Part shown: piece after piece, positions 26,280 to 41,075 of the stretch
Position numbering within the stretch: position 1 is the first letter of the stretch
How the letters are laid out: every line of letters begins with the position of its first letter
Assembly (NCBI GenBank): GCA_964016885.1
Contig: OZ024742.1
Span: 230,020,001 to 230,084,000 of the forward strand
DNA: 64,000 nucleotides
Source of the DNA: Eledone cirrhosa
Taxonomy: Eukaryota
Reading direction: 5' to 3'
Notes under the pieces: generated by a model
The model's database searches: none
What the model was told of the DNA's origin: nothing
Seen by the model: only the letters and a program-made list of their open reading frames with translations
Made by a program: the position numbers and the translations under genes

Positions 26280-29200
26280 TATTTATTTAGAAACGCATCC
26301 TTTCGTATTTTATTCTTTTTTATATCCTCATTATCTTGTATTATATTAAATAAATCTTTATTCTATTTCCGAATTTGCAATATTCAATTTCCATATTTTA
26401 TCCCGTGGAAGATAATTTTGAATTTCCGTTAGAATGCGTCTGTTTCCGAGGGGATTCTTCCGCTAAATGTCACACGCAAAACGTGAAGTGCAATTTGCAA
26501 GTTATACCTATTAAATATAGTAACGTACTTTTTCCTAATTTCCTTATCTTTAATTATTGATAAACAATGAACAATGTATCTATTTTTGTGTGAAGTATCA
26601 AGCCGACTGTCTTTCTGGTTAGGGTGATCGGCTTCCTTTCGTCAGTAAATAAGTTGGAATCCCAGAGGTACGTTTTGTCCCTGAGCAACTCGTTTTATAA
26701 TTGTTTACTCAATGGGAAAAAAAACTTTCTTGTGTCAGAAATCGAAATAGTCAACATTCTCACACTCAGTGATACGCTGAACCTCCCGAAGATATACGTT
26801 AAGAATACACGTGACTAGAATGCAGACCCGCTTGCTGGCTGTTCCAGACCTGCCAACCTCTAAAAAACCCAAACAGGGAAGAAATTAGGCAAAATGGAGA
26901 GATTTTACACAATGAAATCTATGCTCATTTTCACATTAGAAGACATCTCTCATCTACCATAAAGGGGGTTGGAGATCTCCCCGTCGGACGGGGTGAGTTG
27001 ACAAGTCTGCAGTTCCGTTTCTTATCATAACTCCAATTCAACGTGTCATGTGTTTTATTCTCTTCCCAACACGGGTTTAAAATATGATTTCAGATTTTAG
27101 AAATTCAAAATTGTCTTAGGCAGAGTTGAAATCTTGTTGTTTTTTTACCGACAACAACTTAGTATTCTGAGTTTCAATACCCCCAGGTTCAACTTTGCTT
27201 TTCATCATTTCTGGGTCTATAAATAAATTGCAAAGCAAATAGTCATCTCATTAAAATGGATTTCCCTTTCCACCCAAATTTCTATCCTTGTGCTTAAATT
27301 AGAAACAAACCCGAGTCAATAACAAATTGTTACACCTACTGTCTTCTACTAAACCACATAATGATCGGTAGAATCGTTAGATCGAGGAACAAACTACAGT
27401 GCAGCATATGTCTTCCAACTCTATTTGTTCTGAGGTCACATCCTGTCAAAGTCACATTTGTTTTTTCTCTCACCACTATGTTTGTGTATGATCCCCTAAC
27501 TCCTGGTGGAGACGTAGGGGCACCGTATTAAGCCTGGCGGAAACCATCCCTCTCCAAGACTGAGTACAGCAGATTTCTTCCAGGGAGAGGAAGAATCGAT
27601 CGCAGTACTAGACTGGTACCTTTTTTATCGACCTCGAAAGAATGAAAGGCAAAGTTGACCTCGGAAGGATTTGACTGGAACGAATACCATAAAGGATTCT
27701 ATCCGAAGTTCTAATGATTCTACCAATTCGCCGCCTAGTAACAATAAACTACAAAACAGCCAATAACGGAGTGGATTTGCAATATTATTGAAGTAACATT
27801 TGGGGGAATTTTAACCAGAATTTTTCCGTTCTGGTATCAAATCCCTCTAGGTCTATATGAACTGTAAATTTAATTTGTCGTCCAATTTATTATCACCGAC
27901 TGCTTCTTTGGTGCCATTGAGACGACGCTTAGTTAAATACATTCGTGCCAAATATGCGGTTTAGGAATACCTTCCACCAATCTGTGACTTCTTGACCAAA
28001 CAAAAAAAAAATCATAAGTAATAAAAAGCAAAAAAAAAAGCAAACAAAGAAGCGAAGTTTGTGAGCGTGTCTCAACAACTACTCGCTCCAGTCTCCACCA
28101 ATCTCGTGTCTTTTGTAAAGGAAGCCTCCAATAAAATCGCTCTATTGTAACATGTGCTACTATCCCTCTTACACACTCAATTGCTTCTGCTATAACCCAG
28201 GGTTAAAATTTCTTACACTCTTTCTTTTGTGAAGGTAAATGTTTATCCTTTGAAGCGAATGGAGAGAACATTCTTAGGGCCGGTGGTTTGTTCTTTTAGA
28301 GGAATTGGAGGTACTTTTATTGTGTGTCTGTGAGCGTGTGTTCACGGCAGTGAGGCTGGCGGCGGGATGTAAAAAGGGGTAGTACCATGTTCTAATGTTT
28401 TAACATTCAACCAGCGTTTTCAAAACAATCGAAAATAAAAATATCTGATTTTCAAAAAAAATGTTATAAAAGTTTGTAATCGAATCACTTCTATTTTATT
28501 TCCGATCGAAACGAGATCATTTATTCTTTACAGTTAATATAGTGTTTCTATCACACTAACTCACGTGACAATAGATCGATGCTCCTCTTCCTTTATATGA
28601 AAAAGCATTGATCAAGCAAATGGCTCGCGAGGCATTATCTTCTCGGTGTCTGTTGACATTAAATACTTTCATCATTATTTTCTAAGATGTGTTTCTTAAT
28701 CTAAGAAACATAAGTACATCTTAAAGAAGATGCCTTATATGCATTCAGCTTAGGCTAAAATGGCCTTGACCAGGAAGAGTTGGTGTTATCAGACGTTGTC
28801 CAACTAATTAAAACCTATTTGAATATTATCCAGAGATAATGTTATTTTCTTTAGTTTTAGTTCTGTAGATTATTTTAGACAACATGATCACAATCATGCT
28901 AGGGCACAATTATTATTTTAGAAAATTCAATCACACCGAATAGTGCTTTGTATCGAATAAACACGTTTTGAAATTACTGCTTGATATTTTATTCTTTTGG
29001 AAGGTTTTCTGGCATTTTGTCTGAGAAAGAAAGCACACGATGTGGAATGGCTACGACAACACTCATCGCTGGTTGTTCTCTGCAGCAAGGTTTCCCCATC
29101 TTGACTGCGGAGCTCAACCAAAATATATTGTCTAGTGAAGGGGATAGTGTTTGCTTGCTCCTAATTCCATATATTACACTTCGTTTTCTTATTTCTTTCT

Positions 29201-30039
29201 ATCATTGAGTGCATTCCATTACAAGGCTGTCACAATAGCTTTTACTTTAAGCACAAGACCAGTAATTCGTGTGGCTGGGGAGGCAAGAAATTTGTTTCAA
29301 TCGCTATCAGTACTTGGATGCTACTTTATGGATTCCAATATAATAACAGGCAAAATTGATCACAGCGAGATTTGAAAACAGAATGTAAAACGTCGAAACT
29401 ATTTCATCCGACAGCCGAACGACACTGTCAATTCGCCGCCTTAATATGCTGTAGAAATATAATGAATCAATCAAAACTAATTGTTTCTCTGTGAAATGCA
29501 TCTGTTCAGGCATTACATCTGATTACAAATCAGATAAATATAACACAGTTGTCATGTTATTAACAAAAACATCACAATGAATAAATATAATCTCCTGTAT
29601 TATATATAATTTGTGCCTAATACATTCTGTTCAATGCATATGTATATAAGCGTATGAATGCAGAATCCAATGCTAACAAGTAACTCTAATTGTAATAAAT
29701 TCTTTGACAGAAGTTCAGTGACCGAATGTTCAATAAATTGTTTAACTTTCATATAATTTATCTAACATGTCTTTTATAACCGTCGCCAAGTGGTTCATGT
29801 ATTGATCTCATGATCAAAGGATCGTCGGTTCGATTATCTGAACGGGTGACACGTTACGTGGTTGAGCAAGATAATTCTTTTATGGTTGCTCCTGTTCACT
29901 CAGTTGAAAATTAGTAAAATGAAACTAGAATACGTTCTGATCCTTGTCCACTCTGTGGAAACTTGAACACGGAAATAAACTTACGTAAAACGGTAACTCC
30001 ATTTAACAAAGAATGAGACAAGATATATTGCTATTATTG

Positions 30040-31430
30040 CTAATTATAGAGGAAACTCTTTCTTAAGCCTCAACGGTAAAATCTATGCTAAACATCTGTC
30101 AAAGAGATGTAGGGATATTGACGAGTCAAGGCTAGCTAGGGAACAGTAGAGATTTAACCTGGGACGTGGCACAACCGACCAAATATTCACACTGTGGATT
30201 GTCCAGGAGAAATCGTGAGAGCGTTACCAAGAAGTGTAGTTCGTTTTGTAGCTCTCGAAAAGGCATAGGACCGCGTTCCACAGCACTTGCTGTGGAAGGT
30301 ACTACAGGATTATGGGATTGGTGGACATCTTCTAATTGCCTTCAAGTCTTTATATGAATGCACTCATATTTGTGTTCAGATAAATAGTTCTAATTTCAAA
30401 CCATTCAATGTAGATGCCAAATATTTGCCAGGGAGCTTACTGTCATTATCTTTATGCACAGGTGGTGGATTAGCAGTATCGACAGAGGATCTGACGCCAT
30501 GCTTTGCAGAAAAGAGTTACGGCCCTTTATTGTCTGAGTTCAAATCCCGCCGAGGTTAACTTTCCTTTCATCCTGACGGGGTCGATAAAATAAAGCACCA
30601 GTAATACACTGGGATAATTGCTGACCTTGTGCCAAAAGTAGAAACAATTATCTTTATGAACAGGATTGATGTACGCAGCCGGGTTGGAAATTGTATCAAA
30701 ACCTATGGGAGAGGAGCAGTTGACTAGAAGGTGATCCCCGACATGCATTAAATAGGTTAGCTGCCAAATGCTGCACGAAAAGAATGAAAGTTTTACTGCG
30801 AAAACCGAGGCACACGTTCTCTGAAGAGAGCTTACGCAATGCATTCTGGGTGTGAATGTAAAAGAGGTGGAGAAGTTCAAGTATCTCGGGACAGTTTTCA
30901 CGAGTAATGGAATGCAAGTGGATGTAATAAATGCAATGATTGTTGGAGCTGCTGCTGGAAAGGGCCAACTTCAGCACTGGTCATCAGAAATGAGGCAGGT
31001 GTAAAAGCCAAATCCGCTATCTTTAATTCGGTGTTTGTGTCAACCCTTACATATAATCATGAATTTTGGATTATGACTGAAAAATACAATTACTGAAAGG
31101 TCTTGAAGTAACGTAACAGGAGAGGCTCCAGGTAGAGAGGCTATTACTCTCCATCTGGAGACAATAGCTTCGCTAGTACTGGCATAACGGTAGAATATCT
31201 TGGGAAAGAATCTTTGAACGTATTTTACGAGCTATACCAACCGGCAGGAGGCGCAGAAATTGACTATGAGCAAGATGGTTAAATGACATCCATGAGCTTG
31301 GTTGGTCTCGCTTGGTGATTAAAGACAATTGATTCTGAAATGATCTTCTGGCAGGCGTGTCTGCAAAGTTCTGCTCCAAGAAGAAGAAGAAGAAGAAGAA
31401 GAAGAAGAAGGAGAAGGAGAAGAAAAGAAG
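30040..31430 (+). pseudogene. Decayed RTE-clade LINE RT and 3' end with (GAA)n tail
   Basis: NYRGNSFLSLNGKIYAK, FVALEKA*DRVP, LWKVLQDYGIGGHLL, VKEVEKFKYLGTVF; many stops and frameshifts; (AAG)n at 31378. Confidence 0.8.
30462..30650 (+). mobile_element. SINE family A inserted into the RTE remnant, with target-site duplication
   Basis: ATTATCTTTATG(C/A)ACAGG on both sides (about 30446 and 30647). Confidence 0.85.
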
Positions 31431-32205
31431 AAGGCGACTGAGATACAGTTGGAGTCCAGAATCACAAACGATTAACAATAAAACGACATTAAGAGATGTT
31501 CTAGACTTAATTTCAAGTGAAAGATTTAATCTGTTGGTCGGTTCGATAATGGTGGTCTAATTTAGGAAGCAAATTAAGAAAAGGAGAAAGCCTCAGCACG
31601 TGAGTGGCACTATTTCTTATCAATCTAGGAAGGATGGAAGGCAAAGTTGACCTTGATGCAACTTAGGTACGTGTCCGACGCTCTAACTATTCAGCAACTT
31701 GCTTGGTGTAATAATATTACGATATTGTAGGCCTACAGCGAAGACTACACTGTTGCATACATACAGGCTAAGCCTCCACGTTAAGGATAACATTATCTTT
31801 CTCTCATTTCAGCCTTGGGGTCTCTTTAAATATTAGAATGTGAGAAAAAATAAAAATAAAATTAGTTATATATGCTTACATGGTGAATTAGCAGAGGGGC
31901 CGGATTAAATAACCCGGTATTTGTCAAAACCCGCATATTGCTTCGTAGTGTTTGCTCTTTATCAAGATTGTGTGCTCTCATCAATGTTACTCACTAGATT
32001 GTCAATTGTGTTCGCTCAGCTACCACCGGAATAAAAGGATGACGTTGGTCATCTCACACGTGGTGTTCATGAGGTTGTTTGCATGTAAACAAACAGAATA
32101 TTAATAATATTATGATATTATTATAATATCATTCACTCACGGATATATTTAGGTTTCCACTATGTTAAGAGCGAAAACAAATTTTGTTTATAAATAAATA
32201 AATAA

Positions 32206-32299
<94 letters not shown>

Positions 32300-32589
32300 G
32301 CCCCCCAAAAATATATACATACTTCAATAGTATTCTGATAACTATTGCCTGTACACGTAATACATTCTTGGGGGAAACTCTGTATATATAGGAGCCTATC
32401 TAATTTTATCATTCATACAATAGTGGTCTATACATTATGTTGAACAGAATCGTGGGGAAAGAAGATAGGCAAATTTGTTTGAAAAGGGAACATTTTAAGC
32501 GTCCTTGTCATAACCCTACTAGCCTAATAATAAATTCCTTATAAAACTAATGGTTTGTATAAATATGTGTATGTATGTGTAATATATAT

Positions 32590-33001
32590 CCGGGAGAGAT
32601 GACCCCTTAGCCTTTGTCAAGGCAGAATTCTAGGAGAAGGAAAACTCTGATATAACACCTGCAACCCTGATGGTATCCAATGATGTTGACTTGTTCTTCT
32701 TTTTGGTAAATATCATCTTGGTTAAGAGAGTGGGACTGGCTTTGTGCAGTGCCTTTGCTCACTATAAAAGCTTCATGGCACAGGCATTGCTTTATATCTG
32801 GAGATCTCTCTGCACTTGTCGTCACATGGTACCATGGGCCCAGCACTATGTGTCAATAATTGTCACAAGTGTAGTGTTTGTACCAGTGGTTTCAAGTCGC
32901 TGGCTGGACTAAAATGTCACACTCGTTCAGCGCTTCGGTAGGGGTTCTCCTACATGGATATAAAGTAGTGGCCGTACTCGAAAACGAGTTGGCAGCCACC
33001 A
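32590..33001 (+). mobile_element. 5'-truncated RTE derivative copy
   Basis: Matches the 3' two thirds of the 52871-53477 unit. Confidence 0.85.
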
Positions 33002-33048
33002 TGTGTAATATATACATGTTTATTATACATATGTATCATTTCATGTAA

Positions 33049-33088
<40 letters not shown>

Positions 33089-33147
33089 TAAAATAACATA
33101 TTAAAGTCTAAGCAAAGAATCGCTGCTTTCACCCTTAACGGGATTTT

Positions 33148-33198
33148 AGTTTCAGAAGATCCCGTTAAGGGTGAAAGCAGCGATTCTTTGCTTAAACT
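33148..33198 (+). ncRNA. Type I hammerhead-like motif, core CAGAAGA (copy 1)
   Basis: AGTTT-CAGAAGA-T-CCC(GTTAA)GGG-T-GAAA-GCA(GCGATTCTT)TGC-T-T-AAACT; CUU triplet. Confidence 0.65.
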
Positions 33199-33485
33199 TT
33201 AATCTGTTATTTTAATAAATATTTGCTCTACGGTTATGATATATTTGAGCCCTCTTTGGATTTTAGTCTTCAAATTTATTATTATTACTATTTGGCTCCC
33301 TCGGTTGAGCACTCTATTGACTTATATTCATCATACAGAAACAACATCTACATATTTCTACAAAGAACATACCCGTACCAAGCAGGAAAACATACCTAAA
33401 ACTCATGATACATCGTTTTCCTGTGTTCCTCCGGTGGCAACGTTTTTTGAAATATTCACTTCTGCGTTCACAGATTGACTTTGTT

Positions 33486-33536
33486 AGTTTCAGAAGATCC
33501 TGTTAAGGGTGAAAGCAGCGATTCTTTGCTTAAACT
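33486..33536 (+). ncRNA. Type I hammerhead-like motif, core CAGAAGA (copy 2)
   Basis: Same fold; one stem II C-G pair replaced by U-G. Confidence 0.65.
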
Positions 33537-33544
33537 TTAATCTG

Positions 33545-33582
<38 letters not shown>

Positions 33583-33584
<2 letters not shown>

Positions 33585-33707
33585 CGAAGGAAATGTGGTA
33601 AGGAACCAGGTGGAACATAACGCACCAAAATACTCAATACTTAAGGTAGTAGAGTGGGTAATATGAACGAGTAGGACCCCGACGGCTGAGCTCAAGCCGT
33701 TTCGACG
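33583..33707 (-). mobile_element. PLE-type terminus (family of 10793 and 17619), 3' half of HHR only
   Basis: GGACCCCGACGGCTGAGCTCAAGCCGTTTCG shared with those copies. Confidence 0.65.
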
Positions 33708-33795
33708 ATATTTGCTCTACGGTTATTATATATTTGATATATATTTATCCTTATCGAGCCCTCTTTGGATTTTAGTCTTCACATTTATTATTATT

Positions 33796-33975
33796 TGGCA
33801 GTATCAGTAGAGAATCGGACGCCATGCTTTCCAGCATAGTTACGTCCCTTTACGGTCTGTGTTCAAATCCCGCCGAGGTTAACTTTGCCTTTCATCCTTA
33901 CGGGGTCGATAAAATAAAGTACCAGTAATGTACTGGGTAATTGCTGGCCTTGTGCCAAAAGTAGAAACAATTATT
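33796..33975 (+). mobile_element. SINE family A
   Basis: Consensus match. Confidence 0.8.
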
Positions 33976-34015
33976 ATATATATATAAATATATATTCCCA
34001 ACTTCCTTGTTTCGC

Positions 34016-34073
<58 letters not shown>

Positions 34074-34082
34074 CACATATAC

Positions 34083-34149
<67 letters not shown>

Positions 34150-34192
34150 GAAATACTGTTGGGTTCACGCCCACAACAATTTCTATACTTTA

Positions 34193-34225
<33 letters not shown>

Positions 34226-34458
34226 GTGTGTGTGTGTGTGTGTGTGTATTATATATGTTAATGTATCTTTCGAAATGAGATGCATTAGAAATTATTTCAT
34301 CTTCTCATCGTTTGTAAACTACATTCTTTGTTCAACAACATCTGTATAGGAATATATGTATGTCCGTGTTTTTATGCGCATCTGGTATTTTATGTTTTCT
34401 ATTAGTCTATACACAAATTATAGACAATAAGTTATACTGTACCATTATATTTCAAAGA

Positions 34459-35192
<734 letters not shown>

Positions 35193-35442
35193 TATATATT
35201 CGTATATAGATATAGATTTAAGATAGATTGTTATATACAGTTACCGATATCGGTTTTTGATGTACTTTCATAGCGTTGATTATTGCAGTAGAGAATGAAT
35301 GTTACAGCATTACTCAAGGGGAATAACTTTATAAAGAAATACCTGTCTTTGATAGTAAGCATAAAAGGATGGTTCAGTAAATTTCACTTTACAACTCTGC
35401 TGCCACTGTGTGATGTGAGAGCGAGCACATAATAAAATATAT

Positions 35443-35518
<76 letters not shown>

Positions 35519-37003
35519 CATACATACACATAATATACATACACACACACATATATATATTTATGTACACATACAGACATACACACACATATATATATAT
35601 GCGTGTGCGTGTGTGTCTGTGTGTGTGTGTGTGCTGGCAAATAATTGGTACAGTTTTTAGAACGTTGGATAGAATGCTATGCGGCACTTTTTCTGGCGTT
35701 CTGCGCACTAACTAAAAGTTATGCTGAAGTCAACTATGCAATTTCTCATTTTGCGGTTGATAAATTATGTACAAATCCAATATTGAGACCGATTCTTTGA
35801 ATGCGATCGCCAGTGTGTAGATTAAACATGAGTTGTTTCATTATTTCTTTCTTTCACCCAGACAAATTTAAGTTTCTACCGTTTGATCATAGAACGAACG
35901 TCACCTTCCACGCACTTTTATTTTTCGGTGTCTCCAAGACCGTTCAGAGGAAAGGAGGGAGCTAAAGGCATCCGAAAACCACTCGTAAATGTGAAATAGG
36001 GTGACGTATGATGTCGATAACCTACGATGTCAGAACGCAATCAGACGGAACAAATACCTCAAAGTGTCCCGATCGATAATCTAAAATAAATATATTGCTG
36101 TGAATAGCAGAATATACTATTGACCCAGAAAATATGATGAGGAAAGTGGTACTCTGGGTGCTTTGAACTGGGAAAATTGAATTCTGGAATAAATATAGGA
36201 GGTCATCTCATACGATGCTCTAATAATTCTGCTTATCCAAAACGCTGTACGGATTCTATACTTTATCAATGCCATGGGATTTGAACTCAAATTGCAGAAA
36301 TCAGAAACAAATACTGCAAAGCATTTTGTCCGACGTTCTACTACTATTGCCAATCTTCCAGGATTTTAAGAATGTTACTAATCCATCACTCTAGCATGGC
36401 AATTTATTTTATCGAACTTAAAAAAAAATGGAAAATCGAAGTCGACTTCGTACATATTTTAACTCAAAACGCAGAGAAGTAGAACTAAATATAAAACATA
36501 CGATACAATTTTTAAATATACTTGCTTCTAACATGGTTGTGTCTCTGTTTATGAATCTCATCGTGTATAGACGGCAATTTTCATGTATATGTTCAACATT
36601 ACGTTCTAAACCTGAAGCGTAAATTAAATCATAACCCTATTAGATCTGAACAAACATTGCCTTTGAAGTTCAACAGAGTAGCTGCACATCTTCCCCAAAT
36701 GTTTTTTTTTCTGCTCTCGCGGCCATGCTGAATATGATACTATCGGCGTCCTTATATAAACTATTATAGTGCAAGGGACCATTCCATTTAGAAATTCTTA
36801 GAATCTTCATTTTCAGAGAGATGATGATCATAATTCTGTGTATCATCACCGTTGTTATCATCATCATCATCAAACTTATCTTCATCACCGTCAGCAGCAT
36901 TACTCTCTCCATGAACGTCGTTATCATCATCATCATCATGATTATCAGCATGATCACCATTGTCGTCATCCTCATCTTTATCGTGTCATTATCATTTTCA
37001 ATA

Positions 37004-37730
37004 TGGCGGTGGATTAGCAGTATCGGTAGAGAGTCGGACACCATGCTTTGCAGGATTGAGTTACGGTCCTTTATGATCTGAGTGCAAGTGCTGCCGAGGT
37101 TAACTTTGTCTTTCATCCTTAAAATAAAGCACCAGTAATGCACTGGTGTTGATTTAATTGACTCCCCCCCCCAAAAAAGAATTACTGGCCTTGTGCCTAT
37201 ACTAGAAATCGTTATCACTTTCAATATGTACCGTCATGAAACTCATCTTCATTATTAATATAATTAAGAATGTGATGGTATGGCAGTATCGGTAGAGCGT
37301 CGGACACGCTGCTTCACAGCATAGAGTGGTGTCCCTTTAAGGTTCTGAGTTCAAATCCAGCCGAGGTTAGCTTTGCCTTTCCTCCTTACAGAGTCGATAA
37401 AATAAAGTACCAGTCACGCACTAGGGTCAATATAATCGATTTTCCCCTCCCCCCAAATTTATGACCTAGTGCCTAAAATAGAAACAATTATAATTATCAT
37501 TAAGATGGCGGTGGAGTGTCAGTATCGGTAGAGCGTCGGACATCTTGTTTAGCGACATTGAGTTACGACTCTTTAAGTTCTGAGTTCAAATCACGATGAG
37601 GTTAGCTTTGCCATTCATCCTTACGGAGTCGTTAAATTAAAGTACCATTAATGCACTGGGCTCGATTTAATCACTTTCCACTCCCACAAATTGCTGGCCT
37701 TGTGTCTAAAATAGAAACAATTATTATTAT
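37004..37730 (+). mobile_element. Three tandem SINE family A copies
   Basis: Heads at about 37004, 37275 and 37507, each ending AGAAA(C)AATTAT-like; preceded by a degenerate (ATC)n at 36820-37000. Confidence 0.8.
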
Positions 37731-37924
37731 CATTAAGTCAGTGAATTAGCAGAGACATTACCAATGACATTAGCAAAGACGTGAGAGCATCGAACATACT
37801 GTGTTGTATTATTTGTTCTGTTCCTTTGTAATCTGAGATCAAATTCAACTGCGGTCAAATTTGTTTTTCATTCTTCCGGTGTCGATAGAAAATTACCGTT
37901 TTGAGGGTCGACTGTTTTCATTCG

Positions 37925-37978
<54 letters not shown>

Positions 37979-39399
37979 CACACATATATATATATATAAA
38001 TATGTCTCTTTTCACTGTCCCTCCCCCCATCTCGTTCTCTCTCAAGCTTTCTTTACGAAATGAACCATCAGCTTTAAAAATGTTACTAACACGCCGTATG
38101 TTACATGAGCGCCCCTAACACTCCATTAAAAGTCTAGGTCCTATCGATAGATTGAGAGATTGTTCGATGAATAATTATCGATACAGAAGTTCAGCATCAT
38201 TAGAGCGTCGAATAAAATGCTTTGTCATTCATTTCGGCTGCATTAAGCACCTCCAAGGCCAACTTTGCCTTTTATACTTCCGAAGTCGATAAAATAAAGT
38301 ACCAGTCATGTTTTGGGTTCGATATAATTTACTGTACCCTTCCCGCAAATTATTGGCCAATGTTAGAAAGAATTACTAAAGATGGGCGGTGTATTGGCAG
38401 TATTTTTAGAGCGACGTGCAAAATACTTTGCAACATTTAGTTATGGCTTTCGACGTTCTGCTTTCAAATCCTATCGAAGTCGTCTTCGATATCCATTCTT
38501 CTGAGGTCGGTAATCTGAAGTACCAGTTAAGTACTCGAGTCAATATATTCGACGTTTCACTCTTCCGCCAAATTGTTGGTTTTGTGCCAATATTAGAAGA
38601 ATTATTTAAAATTTATCCTTTACTGAAATATTTAATTATATCTCCACTAATTTTCGCTATTTTATGTTCATACTTACCTATGTGAATTAATGTGTTTTAC
38701 TCTTTCAAACTTGCTTTAGTTTATATTTCTATTTGTCGGATTTTTGCATTTTCTTTTCAAAAGATTCTTTCAATTAACTCAAAATAGTTTCGTCTGTGAT
38801 TCTGAAAATGCATAATTGTCAACGTTTGACATAACATTTCAACTTTAAATAAAATATATAATATACAATAAAATTCATAAAATACATTTATTTTATCTCA
38901 TAAAAATATATATTCATAATAAATATTATATCGTATATAATCAAACTATATAATAAAATGTTTAACAAATTAATATTATTTATACATTGTATAGTGGTAT
39001 TCTATAATAATTTTTTCAACTTTTGGCACAAGGCCAGCAATTATCCCAGTGCATTACTGGTACTTTATTTTATCGACCCCGTATGGATGAATGGCAAAGT
39101 TAACCCTGGTGGGATTTGAACTCAGACCACGAAGGGCTGTATATCATGATTTGACTTCGCTAACGAAGATTTATTAAAGAGCCTGTCCTCATATATTGCA
39201 GGATCGCTGATGCCTGACGCGACAAATATTATGACATACATACAAAAGTTTGGTATTATTGCGCTATTTGACATTCCACGATTCCTCTTGTCATTTTATC
39301 ACACTGTCAAACAATTTTGAAGAACCAAACATACCAGTAGATGGTATATCGACAGGTCAAGATCACAGGCTACATCGCCCTAATTGTTACAAGCTTAAG

Positions 39400-40210
39400 A
39401 GAATTTCTTCAGGGAGTCGTACAGCTTTTGTTGGTGCAACTTTGTTGCGGTAGCCAGTGGCAAGTTTGCCATACAGTGCAAACATGGGCGAGCAATGATA
39501 TTCCATGCAGGAAAGAATCACTGTCCAGCGTAGCTCCATTTTAATCGCATGTGCTCGATACAAGTGTCCTCTATCTGTTCAGGAAATTCATTGCTTGTAA
39601 CAAATTTACTCCAGCGGACGTTGTGGCTAATTGAACGACAGCGGTAGAGGAAGAGGTCAAAGAATTGTAGGTGATGGTAGTAAATAACCCATAACTCACA
39701 GCTATACAAGACGTTAGTCAGTACGGTAGCTATGTTCAAATTAATCTTGGCGCTTTTTCAAATCTGTCTCATGTTCCAGAGTTTTGTACCACCTACCGAA
39801 TCTACTGCGTGCTTTTGTCAGTTTGCTATCAACCACATTGACTATCTTTACATCTGACAAGATAGTGCAGACCAGGTAGTTGAGCTAGTGAACTGTCTGC
39901 AGCTCTGGTGGTGATACGATGATAATGGTAATCCTCAAGACGTACTGACTGGTGGAGAACTTCTGAGCTGATGTTATGTCCAAAGAGCTCGACAGTTTCT
40001 GCAAGGCAGAATCTGTGTGGGCAACTACGGCATCATCATCAGTGAAGAGTAGTTCCCAGCTAAGTTATCCCAGTAGCTTGGAGTGGGAACCAAGTCACCT
40101 CAGATTAAACATAGAGCCCGCCCTGTCCATCAAGGCGCTCTGTGACCTTCGTGAACACAATGCTGATAAAAATGGTGAAACGTGTCAGCGCAAAAATGTC
40201 ACCTAACTTT
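39400..40210 (-). pseudogene. Decayed RTE (BovB-like) RT remnant
   Basis: Minus strand LLFTDDDAVVAHT (catalytic FxDD) and NVLYSCELW...HNVRWSKFVTSNE. Confidence 0.75.
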
Positions 40211-40684
40211 ACGCAGCTTGCACATGTGCTTGAGCCTATGTGTGTCTATGTGTGTGGTGGTGGGTATGTATGTGGGGGACTCTGTGTTTGAGTATGATGT
40301 GTATATTTTTGTTTACGGAGTGTTGTGAATACATGTATTTTCCTGTCGTTGTTTGCGTTTATAGATATTTATAGGTTCTTAGTGTTTAGACGAAAACAAG
40401 ATGAATAACGAAGTAACAGACAATAACTGAAAATACGGGAGTCAGCCGGTGTATCAGCATGGCCGTTGTATAATAACTGCATCACTAACAGAAGCGAAAA
40501 TGCACTTAATTGCTATATGGGATCGAACCTATCAAAATATAATGTAAATATATATATTATAAATATGATATCGTAAATACAATAATGAGTATATACTTCG
40601 TGAAGAGGAAAGGAATCACGGAGAAAATGATATATCTTATAGTAACAATTCATCTCACATTATTAGAAATTATGTTATGTAATC

Positions 40685-41075
40685 AGTAGATTAGCAGTAT
40701 CGGTGAAGAGTTGGACGCAATGCTTTCCAGCAGAGTTATGTCCCTTTACGGTCTGAGTTCAAATCCCGCCGAGGTTAACTTTGCCTTCATCCTTACGGGG
40801 TCGATAAAATAAAGTACCAGTAATGTACTGGTTAATTGCTGGCCTTGTGCCAAAAAGTAGAAACAATTATTAGAAATTATGTTTGCGGTGGATTGGCAGT
40901 ATCGGCAGAGGGTCGGACTCCATGATTTCCAGCATAGTTACGTCCCTTTACGGTCTGAGTTCAAATCCCGTCGAGGTTAACTTTGCCTTTCATCCTTACT
41001 GGATCGATAAAATAAAGTACCAGTAATGCACTGGGTAATTGCTGGCCTTGTGCCAAATGTAGAAACAATTATTAG
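40685..41075 (+). mobile_element. Two tandem SINE family A copies separated by the duplicated target ATTATTAGAAATTATGTT
   Basis: The target sequence occurs three times (about 40659, 40867, 41068). Confidence 0.85.

Larger units (their letters stand above)
33085..33552 (+). mobile_element. PLE/retrozyme-like unit: inverted terminus plus two tandem hammerheads 338 nt apart
   Basis: 33085-33144 is the reverse complement of the HHR 3' part; CAGAAGA cores at 33153 and 33491; (TA)n on both sides. Confidence 0.7.

Noticed and set aside
26739-26992. Acceptor-like TTTCTTGTGTCAG and donor GTGAGT on the plus strand
   Set aside because: Stops in all frames and no other support
32293-32340. TATAGGGTGCCCCCCAAAAA resembling a Tc1/mariner TIR
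   Set aside because: No matching second TIR or transposase remnant found
35255-35325. TTGAGTA...GAAAGTACATC on the minus strand
   Set aside because: No stem I complementarity and no 3-8 pair
37004-37730. Regularly spaced repeats resembling a CRISPR-like array
   Set aside because: Units are 200-270 bp SINE copies with no unique spacers; eukaryotic context
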